A stretch of 64,000 nt of DNA, from assembly GCA_050298055.1 (NCBI GenBank), contig JBNKTL010000007.1, positions 66,024 to 130,023 on the forward strand, read 5' to 3'. Below are positions 19,794 through 30,376 of this stretch, in pieces. Every line of letters begins with the position of its first letter. Within the stretch, counting starts at the first letter, position 1. The stretch is from Spirochaetota bacterium (GTDB taxonomy: Bacteria > Spirochaetota > UBA4802 > UBA5550). Made by a program: the position numbers and the translations under genes. Under the pieces are notes generated by a model. The model saw only the letters and a program-made list of their open reading frames with translations, was not told where the DNA came from and made no database searches.

Positions 19794-22037
19794 ATGAGCT
19801 TTTTTAAATTCGAAAAAAATCATATAATTGGTCTAATAATTTCCCTGATAATATTTCTTATTGTTTCTTTCTTCTATTCACAGACGACCCTTTTTGAAGG
19901 AATGGAGTGGGGATCAATAGATTTCAGGTTTTTTCTGAGAGATCCTTCGGAAAAAGCCGTAAAGCTTGAAGAAGGAGTGAAAATGGGGAGGATTAATCCC
20001 CGGGCAAATAAAGATATTGTCATACTGGGTATTGATGAAAATACAGTGAGGGATTTTTCTGATAAAGGAATTAACTGGCCTTTCCCCTGGAACATTCATG
20101 CAAAGTTTACACGGTTTGTGGGGACAGGAAGCCCCCTTGCCATATTTTTTGATATTATGTTTCTTGACCACAAGGAGCATGAAGAGGAACTGGCAAAGGC
20201 CATCAGTGAAGCAAAAAATGTATTTCTCGATTACCCCCTGGAGACCGAGGATGTTGACACCGATTACAAGGACCAGGCAGAGAGGATTGCCCTGATGAAC
20301 AGAGTCAGATGGCGTGTGCCGTCCACGGATATCCCCGTAAAGGACATGAAGTTTGTCACGGCATCAATCTCGGAAATCAATAAAAAACACAGCCTGGGGA
20401 AAACCAGCAGCCAGTTGTCGGACCTGTCCAGAAACTTTATTTTTGAATTTGTCAACTCCTACATGCCCGAACTTGAGTATAAGGACGTTGGCAAACTTAT
20501 ATCCAAGTACTTTCCGGTAAAAGCAAACAAGGATGTTGTGGATCTTCTCAGCAAGTTCATGTTCAAGCTTGCCGAAGATAAATACCTTGTCCAGGAGGCG
20601 GTCCCACCTACCCCTCTCCTCATACGATCAGCCAAGGGTATCGGTTTTGCAAACGTGTTCCCCGGCAGGGACAAAGTAAACCGGACAATGCCCCTGGTCC
20701 TTGAGATGTTCGGCTGGTACTATCCGAATATTGACCTTACCATAGCCATGCAGTACTACGGGATAACCCAGAAGGATGTTGAGATTAAAATGGGTGAATA
20801 TATCAAACTGAAAAACATTCCCCGTGAAAAGATGATAAAACCTAATGATAAAAGAGAGATCATCATACCCATTGATAATTACGGTTTCATGGATATCAAC
20901 TTTATCGGGGGCTCCGGGAGTTTTCAGCACTATTCTTACAACCTCTTCTACAGAGATGGAAGCATGAAGGGCAATGAATCCCTGAAGGACAAGATCCTCC
21001 TTGTTGCCGCATACGCATCAACCGGGATAGCCACTGATGAAAAAAGGTCTCCCTACGGAGCTTCATTCGGTATTGAGCACCACGCTAATGCACTGAACAC
21101 AATATTAAACCAGGACTTTCTCTATAAATTCAGCGACAAACAGAATCTCATAATCATGCTTGTCATTGCCCTTCTCCTGGGACTTCTGCTTCCGAAGGTC
21201 TCGATTATTATCATGGTAGTCTTCACCGTTCTCCTGAGTGTCGCGTATGTTATCGCGTCTTACCTGTTCTTTGACAGCAGCAGTATAATTATTGCACTGG
21301 CCTCTCCCGTTATACAAATTGGTGTTAACTTCACATTGATTACCGCTTACAGGGTCCTCACGGAACAGAAGGAGAAGAAATATATCAGGAGTACATTTTC
21401 AAAATTCGTTTCGAAATCGGTTGTAGATGAACTTCTCAAACACCCTGACAAGCTGAAACTCGGGGGAGAAAAGAAGATCCTGACGGTTCTCTTTTCCGAT
21501 ATCAGGGGATTTACCTCAATATCCGAAAGGCTCACACCGGAGGAACTGGTTGAACACCTCAATATCTACCTCCAGGAGATGACAGAACTGGTATTCAGGT
21601 ACCAGGGGACCCTGGACAAGTATGTAGGGGACGAGATCATGGCTTTCTGGGGGGCGCCCATACCCTTCGAAGATCATGCTCTCCAGGCATGTAAAAGTGC
21701 CATCGAACAGATGAAAAAACTCCATGAGCTCAATGCCATGTGGGAGGAACAGGGAAAGCCCTCTCTGAACATCGGAATCGGGCTTAACACTGGACCCATG
21801 GTTGTGGGAAACATGGGTTCATCCTCACGAATGGATTATACCCTTATGGGAGACAATGTTAACCTGGGCGCCCGGCTGGAAGGTACAAACAAGGTTTACG
21901 GGACAAACATCATTATCAGTGAAAATACATATGAACATGTAAGGGACCATGTGGTTGTCAGGGAACTTGATCTTATCCGGGTTAAGGGAAAGGAACAACC
22001 TGTTGTCATCTATGAATTAGTCGACATCAAAGAATGA
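19794..22037 (+). CDS. CHASE2-domain class III adenylate cyclase
   Basis: DIVILGIDE, WPFPW, FDIMF, GIEHHANAL, 3 TM; FSDIRGFT, DKYVGD, DYT.MGDNVNLGARLE (Lys/Asp adenine specificity). Confidence 0.92.
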   Translation: MSFFKFEKNHIIGLIISLIIFLIVSFFYSQTTLFEGMEWGSIDFRFFLRDPSEKAVKLEEGVKMGRINPRANKDIVILGIDENTVRDFSDKGINWPFPWNIHAKFTRFVGTGSPLAIFFDIMFLDHKEHEEELAKAISEAKNVFLDYPLETEDVDTDYKDQAERIALMNRVRWRVPSTDIPVKDMKFVTASISEINKKHSLGKTSSQLSDLSRNFIFEFVNSYMPELEYKDVGKLISKYFPVKANKDVVDLLSKFMFKLAEDKYLVQEAVPPTPLLIRSAKGIGFANVFPGRDKVNRTMPLVLEMFGWYYPNIDLTIAMQYYGITQKDVEIKMGEYIKLKNIPREKMIKPNDKREIIIPIDNYGFMDINFIGGSGSFQHYSYNLFYRDGSMKGNESLKDKILLVAAYASTGIATDEKRSPYGASFGIEHHANALNTILNQDFLYKFSDKQNLIIMLVIALLLGLLLPKVSIIIMVVFTVLLSVAYVIASYLFFDSSSIIIALASPVIQIGVNFTLITAYRVLTEQKEKKYIRSTFSKFVSKSVVDELLKHPDKLKLGGEKKILTVLFSDIRGFTSISERLTPEELVEHLNIYLQEMTELVFRYQGTLDKYVGDEIMAFWGAPIPFEDHALQACKSAIEQMKKLHELNAMWEEQGKPSLNIGIGLNTGPMVVGNMGSSSRMDYTLMGDNVNLGARLEGTNKVYGTNIIISENTYEHVRDHVVVRELDLIRVKGKEQPVVIYELVDIKE

Positions 22038-24281
22038 GATTCTTTTTGTTTCCTTATCCTTTTTAATCTCTATTTCAGGATTCAGGAGAGGTCCTCTGAT
22101 TTTCAAGGGGATGGCCTGCGCCTTCTTTTCACTGTCGTAAACAACGGGAAACATATTTATATGAAGCCCTTTCCGGTAATCGTAAGTCCCATAGCTTCCC
22201 AGGTTGATCTTATCACTGTTCAGTATAAAGTTGTTAATATAGAAATTCCTGCCCACCTGTCTCAATGTCACATTGAACTGCCTGAGATCAAGGGTATTAA
22301 GCTGAAGATTAGCATACCCGTTTTTATTAAGAAAACCGCTTAATCGCTTCTGGAAACTGCTGTTTTCCAAAGAACCGGAAAAGAGAGAGAGGGTAATTGT
22401 GCCCCTTCCCTGTTCCACCAGGTGTGATATTCTGAAGGCATTGAGTTCAAATTCACATTCCAGGGAACCGGTTCCGGTTGCTCTGAAGGAACTTCCGTAA
22501 TCACGGGTAAAGTCTTCTATATTCAGGTTTTTCGCATGACCCTTGATCTCAAAATAGGGATAGTCCCTGTTGAAAAACCCCTGAAAATCCAGAAAATAAT
22601 CTCCGCCATAGCCGCTGAGTGTAAAATCTTTCAGAGAGATATGTCCTCTGTCCATTGCAAGTTCTCCGGAAAACCCGTCAAGACGGGCCTTTTCCCCAAA
22701 AAGCAGTTTTTCCGAATTATACCGTATACTGAAATTGTTATTTTTAATTGTATCAGCTTCAGGAGTCTGGAGAAAGTAGATCATCTCAAACCCCCTCTTG
22801 CTGTCCCTGAAGGACTCAGTATAGAGATAATCAACGGCTTTCTTTGTCCAGGAGTATAAGAGATCCGCTTCAACCTGTTTCGATTTGATATTAACTGTTG
22901 AATTTGACCTGAAAGGGTGCCATGAATCAATTTTCATATCCCCTGTAAAATTGAAATCTGAATGGAAAATCCCGGCGGCAAAGAAAAGGCTCAAATTGTT
23001 ATTTCCCACTGAGAGTTTCAGATTACAGTTGTTAATGACATTTTCAGTTTTTCCTTTTCTGAGCCATTGTGCATTAAAGTCCGAAAGCTCAGCAGCAACC
23101 GTTGCACTGATATTTTTATCGGTTTTATAATCGTAGTTGATGTCCATGGAGAAATCGAGAGTACCGTTATAGCTGACGTTCTGTACGGGGGAGAAATAGC
23201 CGGAAATATCACTGAGATCGATCTTTACAGACTTTATGGTAATATTTAATACTTCTTCTTTTTTATTACGCTTATAAAATCCGGAAACCGGGATATTGAT
23301 GTGATCATCGAATATCCTGAACTCATTAATTGAGAACATACCGTTCTCCTCTGAATAGCCCATATCGAAAGCAAAGTTAAAATTTTTATTTGACAATATG
23401 TTATGGCCGGAAGGTTCATGAGTAACAATATTCAGGCTGTTTGTTTCAATTACTCCGGTACTTATTAACTTTTTCTCCCCGGATAAAGAAAGCTTAAAGT
23501 CCATGGATATCCCGCCATTCAGGGACAATCCGACGATACTATATTCCTTGTTAAATTCATTAAGATATGAAAGATCAAAATTATCTATTTTGATTCTGTT
23601 TTCCGATATTCCGGTTTTCTTCGTGAATATGCCGTCCAGGTCAAGAAGGCCCCTCTTAATACTTGCGGTTTTATAAGGTGCTATTTCCCCTGATACACTG
23701 TAAAGCAATCTGTCTGGGGAAAAATTAAAGGCCGCATTTACGCCGCTCAGTCTGATTGTCAGTTTTTTCGATCTGAAGACTTCCCGGTAATCGACTCTGC
23801 TGTTCTGGAACTCAATTTTCAGTTTTTTTAAGTCACAATATTCTATCTCTTCAGGTTTTTTTTTGAAGGTAAGAATTGCGTTGATTGTATCTCTGTAGTT
23901 TTTCCCGAATTTCTTGTAAATGGTCAGTAAAGAATCTTTGAATATTATCTCCTTTATTAAAAGCCTGCCGTTTATCAGGCTTCCTAAATCAGGAACAAAA
24001 ATCATCCTGCTGCATTTTACGAGACTGATATTGTCATTAAAATCACTGGATATGGAAAGATCAAAGTTGCTGATAACGATGTTGCCTTTATAGTCCAGGT
24101 ATATGTTTTCAATCTTTACTGCTTTATCCAGGTTATTTTTACAGAAGAGCGTTATTTTGGTTTTTAAGTCCAGTTCTTCCAGCCGGTTCGAAATATATAA
24201 CCTGAAAATAAATCCGGAAACAAGGAGAAGTACGACAATCCCGGATATAAGAAAAAAAAGCGATTTTTTTTTGAAATTCAT
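22017..24281 (-). CDS. AsmA-like membrane-anchored beta-rich protein
   Basis: N-terminal TM, beta-rich body, C-terminal IPLKIRGPLLNP. Confidence 0.65.
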   Translation of the reverse strand: MNFKKKSLFFLISGIVVLLLVSGFIFRLYISNRLEELDLKTKITLFCKNNLDKAVKIENIYLDYKGNIVISNFDLSISSDFNDNISLVKCSRMIFVPDLGSLINGRLLIKEIIFKDSLLTIYKKFGKNYRDTINAILTFKKKPEEIEYCDLKKLKIEFQNSRVDYREVFRSKKLTIRLSGVNAAFNFSPDRLLYSVSGEIAPYKTASIKRGLLDLDGIFTKKTGISENRIKIDNFDLSYLNEFNKEYSIVGLSLNGGISMDFKLSLSGEKKLISTGVIETNSLNIVTHEPSGHNILSNKNFNFAFDMGYSEENGMFSINEFRIFDDHINIPVSGFYKRNKKEEVLNITIKSVKIDLSDISGYFSPVQNVSYNGTLDFSMDINYDYKTDKNISATVAAELSDFNAQWLRKGKTENVINNCNLKLSVGNNNLSLFFAAGIFHSDFNFTGDMKIDSWHPFRSNSTVNIKSKQVEADLLYSWTKKAVDYLYTESFRDSKRGFEMIYFLQTPEADTIKNNNFSIRYNSEKLLFGEKARLDGFSGELAMDRGHISLKDFTLSGYGGDYFLDFQGFFNRDYPYFEIKGHAKNLNIEDFTRDYGSSFRATGTGSLECEFELNAFRISHLVEQGRGTITLSLFSGSLENSSFQKRLSGFLNKNGYANLQLNTLDLRQFNVTLRQVGRNFYINNFILNSDKINLGSYGTYDYRKGLHINMFPVVYDSEKKAQAIPLKIRGPLLNPEIEIKKDKETKRISFFDVD

Positions 24282-24350
24282 TATATTTTTTGTTTACTGC
24301 AAAGGTATCTTCATTTAGATTGATATGAGAAACTGATTCAGAAAAATTTA

Positions 24351-24486
24351 TAATAACTTAGTTATAGGAATAAAATGTCATATTTACAATAAATGTCAAC
24401 AATATGTCCCCGCCGCCAAAGGCGGCGGGGACATATCAGTTATGTTTTTTGTTAAATATTTTTTTTTATACATAACAGAGTAGTCA
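24351..24486 (+). repeat. Palindromic intergenic element copy B (core 24401-24436)
   Basis: taataacttagttatag ... aatatgtccccgccgcc-aaa-ggcggcggggacatat ... cataacagagtagtca. Confidence 0.85.
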
Positions 24487-24727
24487 CGAAAAATTTATCA
24501 AAACATCAACAAATAATTGAAATACAATAGAAATATCGGATAAATTTCGAGTCAAGCATATAAAGAAATTACAAGGGATCCTTTACGAATTATTTTTTGA
24601 TATTCTTTTTGGGGTACTGAGCAAGTAGGAAATTTAATTTTTAGAGGAACAGACAATTTTAATATTCCGGTTTAGTTTTTTTGCCATTGCGGTTATGAAA
24701 AAATATCAAGTGTGAGATTTACCCCGT

Positions 24728-25054
24728 ATGAATGAATTACAATATGTGAGAAAACTTCTTGAGCTGTCAAAAAATTATGAAATTGAAAAAAGCGGTTATG
24801 TTAACCTTAAAAAAACACACACTCCTTTCGAGGGGACACCCAAAAAGCATCCCAGTGATGACAATATTTTGATTTTACTTACATCCCCATTCACAGACAA
24901 CAAGAAGTTCTATGAATTCCCTATTAATTCAATAGGCAGTATCGAGGACATGGGGACAGTAACTTCCGAAACAGGTGAAACTGCCTATAAGATAAAAGTC
25001 TGGATAAAGAAAGGGATGCCAGGTCTTCTCGCCGAACCGTTCATTGTAGAATAG
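24728..25054 (+). CDS. Conserved hypothetical protein
   Basis: 108 aa ORF with F.G.PKKHP.D, FYEF, KVWIKKG; no function supportable. Confidence 0.65.
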   Translation: MNELQYVRKLLELSKNYEIEKSGYVNLKKTHTPFEGTPKKHPSDDNILILLTSPFTDNKKFYEFPINSIGSIEDMGTVTSETGETAYKIKVWIKKGMPGLLAEPFIVE

Positions 25055-25061
25055 AAACCAT

Positions 25062-25676
25062 ATGAACACTATTACAGAAATCCTCTTTGCAATGGCGCCC
25101 AATGTCCATTTTATCTCATTTGGCCTTCTTATACTTGCCGGTTTTAACATGCCCGTTTCTGAAGACCTTGTTTTTATTGTATCAGCGTCAATTGCCGCCA
25201 CAATCGTTCCGGAAAACACTGTTTATATCTTTATTGGATGCTTCCTGGGAGCATATTTCAGTGACATTATTGCCTATACTCTTGGCAGAACTCTTGGAAG
25301 AAGATTGCTGAAAATATCATTCTTCCAGAAATTTTTTCCTGAAGAAAAAATTGAGAAGATAGAAAAGTATTTTTTAAAATATGGTGGTAATACACTTTTT
25401 TTTGGAAGGTTTGTACCTTTCGGGATGAGAAATATCCTGTTTGCAACTTCAGGAATCGTGAAAATGAAGATTCAGAAGTTTCTTATAGTTGACCTCCTTG
25501 CACTGAGCATAACATCAACAATATTGTTCTACCTGGGTTACAGTCTCGGCCGGAACTATCAGGTAATTTTCCCCTACCTTAACAGGTATAAGTTTCTTAT
25601 ACTTGCCCTGTTATTAGCAGTTATTATCTTTTTTGTCTTTAAAAACAGGATAAAGGAAAAAGAAATCGCCAAATAG
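25062..25676 (+). CDS. DedA family membrane protein
   Basis: PVSED, GAYFSD...Y.LGR, FFGRFVPFGMR. Confidence 0.9.
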   Translation: MNTITEILFAMAPNVHFISFGLLILAGFNMPVSEDLVFIVSASIAATIVPENTVYIFIGCFLGAYFSDIIAYTLGRTLGRRLLKISFFQKFFPEEKIEKIEKYFLKYGGNTLFFGRFVPFGMRNILFATSGIVKMKIQKFLIVDLLALSITSTILFYLGYSLGRNYQVIFPYLNRYKFLILALLLAVIIFFVFKNRIKEKEIAK

Positions 25677-25762
25677 TGTATTCCTCTCGTAAACTCAAAG
25701 TTGTCAAATTTCTCTACAATTTATTACTTGACTGGATAAAAACAGGAAATAATAAATATAAC

Positions 25763-25852
25763 ATAACTACTCAGCTATGAATATTAACAGATATACTCAT
25801 GGGAAAGAGATAACTGTTCTGTTTCCAACGACGAATGCAGCAGGGACATATT
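25763..25852 (-). repeat. Degenerate element copy F (end motif plus half core)
   Basis: ataactactcagctatg (exact reverse complement of 5275-5291) and gcagcagggacatatt at 25837-25852. Confidence 0.75.
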
Positions 25853-26005
25853 ATTGATATTCATTTTATTGGAAATTTATAATAATACAGACAGTTGCTA
25901 TAAAATATATTTTTATTTAAATAGATGTAACTTACAATTTGTAAATTTTTCAAACAGGGTTATTAACAGTTTAATTCTTTTGCATCGGGGGAGTAACTTA
26001 TATAC

Positions 26006-26848
26006 ATGCAGAACATCAAATATCATCTGATCAACATACTCTCTGTTGTTCTCTTTTCATATATGTGTGCTTCCACTATAAATGAAATAATTAAATTTTC
26101 CATTGCCCCCGTACCCGGGAACAAGAACATTAAAACCAGCAGGGCTATTGAAAAGAAAATGAAAAAGCGGTTTGAGCAGTATAATGCAATTCTCGAATCA
26201 GGTTTTTTCAAACTTGCCGATCCCGCAAGTGTTGCAGACACAGGTATCCGGGAGACCGAGGTCAGTTCCCTGGATTCACTGGAGTTAATGGGAACTATTA
26301 CCGGACCGAGGAGCATCGCACGGGCCATGATCAAAAAAAAGGGGGAAAAGAACCCGGAGATATTTAAGCTCTATACTGATGTTTACGGATATAAACTTGT
26401 TTCCATCAGGAATACCCGGGTGTATCTGAAGGCCGGGGAAGAGAGGGTCATGCTTGACCTCTTTTCCAAAAGGAATGAGAGTGACAAATCATCTATAAAA
26501 AACGGAAATCAGAAAGGCAAAAGGATCAAACGGAGCCTGAGCAGATCTGAAATTAAACAGAAAGTCCTTAATAATCTTGATAATGCCATGAGGGGGCTTC
26601 TGGCAGGACCATACAGGCAGAACGGAAAAATCGTCGGTTTTCAGCTGAAAAAAGTCAAACCCTATAACATTCTCTATAAGATGGGGGCAAGAAGCGGAGA
26701 TGTTGTAAAAAGGATAAATGGCCATGCAATTGACAGCACTCAGAAACTTTATAAATTATGGGATTCATTAAAAAGTGAATCAAAAATTGTGGTTGATCTT
26801 GAAAGAAGAGGCACGTTAATGACATTTGACCTCGTCATTTCTGATTAG
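26006..26848 (+). CDS. gspC: Type II secretion protein C (HR + PDZ)
   Basis: N-terminal TM, L.GTI..A.I, PDZ (GARSGDVVKRING); first gene of gsp cluster. Confidence 0.88.
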   Translation: MQNIKYHLINILSVVLFSYMCASTINEIIKFSIAPVPGNKNIKTSRAIEKKMKKRFEQYNAILESGFFKLADPASVADTGIRETEVSSLDSLELMGTITGPRSIARAMIKKKGEKNPEIFKLYTDVYGYKLVSIRNTRVYLKAGEERVMLDLFSKRNESDKSSIKNGNQKGKRIKRSLSRSEIKQKVLNNLDNAMRGLLAGPYRQNGKIVGFQLKKVKPYNILYKMGARSGDVVKRINGHAIDSTQKLYKLWDSLKSESKIVVDLERRGTLMTFDLVISD

Positions 26849-26872
26849 ATATTTTATTAAGGGACAATAAAA

Positions 26873-28660
26873 ATGCAAGCAAAGAGGAAAAGAATTCATC
26901 TGCTGTGGGCAATTCTATTGATTTATGCTATCATGCTTGATCCGGGGATTTTCCAAAACCCCGGGAGCGCTGCATGGGGACAGAAAAAGCCTGTAAAAAA
27001 GACCGTTAAATCAAAGAAAAAACGAATCAGGAAATTTGCCCTTAATTTCAATAATGTGGAAATACACGAATTTATCAATATCATGTCCCAGCTCATTGGG
27101 AAGAACATAATTCTTGACGACAAGGTCAGGGGCAAGATATCAATATCATCCGCGAAGAGGGTCCCTGTCACCCAGGCATATGAGATCATGAAATCGATCC
27201 TTGAGGTGAAGGGTCTTGCTGTTGTTGAAACTGAAAACCTTATCAAGGTAATACCGATCACTGAAGCCATAAGAAAAAATGTTGAAATTATTATTGACGG
27301 GAAGAAGACAGAGCTGAAGCCCCGGGAGGAGAAGACTATAACATTTCTTCTCGAACTAAAAAATGCCGATGCCGTTGAAATATCCAACACACTCAAGACC
27401 CTCAAATCAAAGTTTACAACAATTGTGGTGCATAAAACCCTTAATACAATTATTTTCAGCGGTTCCGCAAATGAAGTGGAGGGACTGATAAGCATAACAC
27501 GGGCACTGGACAAGAAGGTTGACGAAGAAGATGATGAAATTATCAGCAAGGGAAATATCCATGTGGTCCATCTTGAAAATGCCGATTCTGATCAGCTGGC
27601 AGATGTCCTTTCACGGATACCCTTTTCGGAAACAGCTAAAATTAACACCTCTCCCATTCAGAGGAGAACACCCACTCCCCGGAGGAAGGGGACCAGGCAG
27701 CCTGTACGACAGCCGCAGAAGAGCAAAACACAGCTTTCCATAATATCCAACAAAGAGACAAACTCCCTTATCATCACGGCAAAACCTGAAGAGTTCAAAG
27801 AGATAAGGAGGCTGATCAAGGAGCTTGATATTGTCCGGGAACAGGTCCTCATAGAAGCACTCATCGTTGAGATCAGCGCGGATAACGGCTGGGGCTTCGG
27901 CATAGACTGGATGCTGGGGAACCAGACGGGAAACCATATCTACGGCGGTTCATCTATAATGAGTAGTTCCTTTCCCGATTATTCCGCAAGCGGCACAAGC
28001 ACTGTTCTCAATAAAGACCTTGCACTTCCTCTCCGCTCGGGCTTCCAGCTCGGTTATCTCAGTGATACCTCGATCCTCGGTTTTGCCCTGCTCAACGCAT
28101 CCAGCACAAAGAGCAACATTAACATTCTCTCCACACCCCAGGTCCTGACAATAGACAACCAGGAAGCGGAACTTAACGTGGGAGAGGAAGTTCCCGTGAT
28201 AACCAATACCCGGATAACCGAAAACGATACCCAGCTTTCCACCTGGGACTACAAATCAGTGGGATTGAAGCTGAAAATCACCCCTCATATTACCAAGTCG
28301 AACAGGATCACCCTTGACCTCTACCAGGAGGTGAACTCGGTACTTGGTGATATTTCAGAGACAAGCACAAAACCCCCGAAGCTGGGAAAGCGCGATATCA
28401 AGACCAAGGTAACGGTATTTGACGGGAAAACCATCGTAGTGGGAGGACTCATTCGAAATAATAAGACTGTTACAGTGACCAAGGTGCCTCTCCTGGGAGA
28501 CATCCCGCTCCTGGGCTGGTTCTTTAAACATCAATCGGTCTCCTATACGAAAACAAACCTCCTTGTATTTATCACGCCCCACATCGTCACGAAAGAGGAA
28601 AAACTTGAAAAGATCACCCGTCAAAAGAGAAGGGGACAGATGATGCTGAAGAAACAGTAG
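26873..28660 (+). CDS. gspD: Type II secretion secretin
   Basis: LNFNNVEI, NADA/NADS N-domains, QVLIEALIVE, LSTPQV..DNQEA..VG, KVPLLGDIPLLG, LLVFITP. Confidence 0.95.
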   Translation: MQAKRKRIHLLWAILLIYAIMLDPGIFQNPGSAAWGQKKPVKKTVKSKKKRIRKFALNFNNVEIHEFINIMSQLIGKNIILDDKVRGKISISSAKRVPVTQAYEIMKSILEVKGLAVVETENLIKVIPITEAIRKNVEIIIDGKKTELKPREEKTITFLLELKNADAVEISNTLKTLKSKFTTIVVHKTLNTIIFSGSANEVEGLISITRALDKKVDEEDDEIISKGNIHVVHLENADSDQLADVLSRIPFSETAKINTSPIQRRTPTPRRKGTRQPVRQPQKSKTQLSIISNKETNSLIITAKPEEFKEIRRLIKELDIVREQVLIEALIVEISADNGWGFGIDWMLGNQTGNHIYGGSSIMSSSFPDYSASGTSTVLNKDLALPLRSGFQLGYLSDTSILGFALLNASSTKSNINILSTPQVLTIDNQEAELNVGEEVPVITNTRITENDTQLSTWDYKSVGLKLKITPHITKSNRITLDLYQEVNSVLGDISETSTKPPKLGKRDIKTKVTVFDGKTIVVGGLIRNNKTVTVTKVPLLGDIPLLGWFFKHQSVSYTKTNLLVFITPHIVTKEEKLEKITRQKRRGQMMLKKQ

Positions 28661-28673
28661 AGCCGGTACTGAT

Positions 28674-30374
28674 ATGAGCAACAGAAAAGAAAAATTACTG
28701 GGGAAGATACTTGTAGAGAACAGGGTCATCACCAGCGAGGAACTGCAGGAGGCCCTTCTCCTGCAGGAGGGGAACCCGCTCAGGCTGGGGCAGATCCTCA
28801 TAAAAAAGGGCCACGCCACAGAAGCGGATATTCTCACCGCCCTGGGTGAATATTACGGTATCCCTTTTCAGTCATTCCTCGATTTCGAGAGCCCGGGTGA
28901 AATCATTGCGGAGATCCCGGTAAATTTTCTCAACAAGAACATGATCGTCCCGTTTAAGAAGAAGGGAAATACACTCTATGTGGGGGTTGCCGATGCTCTG
29001 AATATCCAGCCCCTGGATGACCTGAAGATGCTCTTCCCTTCCTTCCACTTTGAGCCGGTCCTAACGGTGGAAAGCGAGATAATGAGAATCATCCATGACC
29101 ACTACGACCTTGCCCAGAGCCAGTCTACCAACCAGGTCATTGAAGACCTTGCCGAATCGGATTTCGAGATCCTGACCACCCAGGTGTCCGAGACACAGGA
29201 CATCATGGACATGGCCAATGATGCTCCTATTATCCGGCTGGTAAACACAATCATAAAAAACGCGGTAACAGACAGGGCAAGCGACATCCACTTCGAGCCC
29301 TATGAAAAGGACATAGCCGTAAGATTCAGGATTGACGGCATCCTCTACCAGATGTTCTCCCCGCCCAAGAAGTACCAGAATGCAATCATTTCCCGGGTCA
29401 AGATCATGTCCAACCTGAACATTACCGAAAACAGGCTGCCGCAAGACGGGCGGATACAGCTTAAGATCGGGGGGAAAGATATCGACATACGGGTTTCTGT
29501 GTTTCCCACGTATTTCGGGGAGAGGATCGTGCTGAGGCTCCTCTACAAATCGGATATGAATTTTGATCTGGAGAGCATTGGTTTCAGCAGGAAGAACCTC
29601 ACCCAGTTTGATGAACTGATAAAAAAAACACACGGCATAATACTTGTAACCGGTCCAACGGGAAGCGGCAAGAGCACCACCCTCTACTCGGTGCTGTCAA
29701 AGCTCAACGATCCCGATGTGAACATTCTCACTGTTGAAGATCCCATTGAATACCAGCTCAAGGGTATCGGGCAGATGCAGATCCATGAGAAAATCGGCCT
29801 GACATTTGCCGCCGGTCTCAGGTCAATACTCCGCCAGGACCCGGATATCGTTATGATCGGTGAGATACGGGACTACGAAACAGCTGAAATAGCCATACAG
29901 TCCGCCCTTACGGGCCACAGGGTGTTCTCCACCCTCCACACAAATGACGCGGCAAGCGGTTTCACACGGCTACTTGAGATGGGGATCGAGCCTTACCTCA
30001 TTGCTTCATCAATAAATGCATTCCTTGCACAGAGACTCGTCAGGAAAATTTGTCCTCACTGCAAAACCGCGTATAAACCGGATAAAAAACTCCTGGCCGA
30101 GCTGAAACTCAGGCAAACACAGCTGAAAAACGGCAGGCTCTACAGGGGAAAAGGCTGCGACAAGTGCCTTAACACCGGTTACACGGGCCGTGTGGGCATT
30201 TTCGAACTTTTACCCATATCCAATGAAATACGGGAACTTGTCCTTACCCATGCTGATTCCAGCCAGATAAAGAACCAGGCAAAATCCGCGGGCATGCTGA
30301 CCCTGAGAGAAGACGGGCTGAACAAGGCCATCGAGGGAACAACCACTGTAGAGGAAGTGCTGAGGGTTAGCTGA
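28674..30374 (+). CDS. gspE: Type II secretion ATPase
   Basis: ASDIHFEP, RLPQDGR, GPTGSGKSTT, LRQDPD, STLHTN, CPHC..CDKC; MshEN-like RLGQILIKKG. Confidence 0.96.
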   Translation: MSNRKEKLLGKILVENRVITSEELQEALLLQEGNPLRLGQILIKKGHATEADILTALGEYYGIPFQSFLDFESPGEIIAEIPVNFLNKNMIVPFKKKGNTLYVGVADALNIQPLDDLKMLFPSFHFEPVLTVESEIMRIIHDHYDLAQSQSTNQVIEDLAESDFEILTTQVSETQDIMDMANDAPIIRLVNTIIKNAVTDRASDIHFEPYEKDIAVRFRIDGILYQMFSPPKKYQNAIISRVKIMSNLNITENRLPQDGRIQLKIGGKDIDIRVSVFPTYFGERIVLRLLYKSDMNFDLESIGFSRKNLTQFDELIKKTHGIILVTGPTGSGKSTTLYSVLSKLNDPDVNILTVEDPIEYQLKGIGQMQIHEKIGLTFAAGLRSILRQDPDIVMIGEIRDYETAEIAIQSALTGHRVFSTLHTNDAASGFTRLLEMGIEPYLIASSINAFLAQRLVRKICPHCKTAYKPDKKLLAELKLRQTQLKNGRLYRGKGCDKCLNTGYTGRVGIFELLPISNEIRELVLTHADSSQIKNQAKSAGMLTLREDGLNKAIEGTTTVEEVLRVS

Positions 30375-30376
30375 CA

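Noticed and set aside
24728..25054. Inorganic pyrophosphatase label that I recall for similar small proteins
   Set aside because: No DxDxxD or DHH pyrophosphatase motif; too short.
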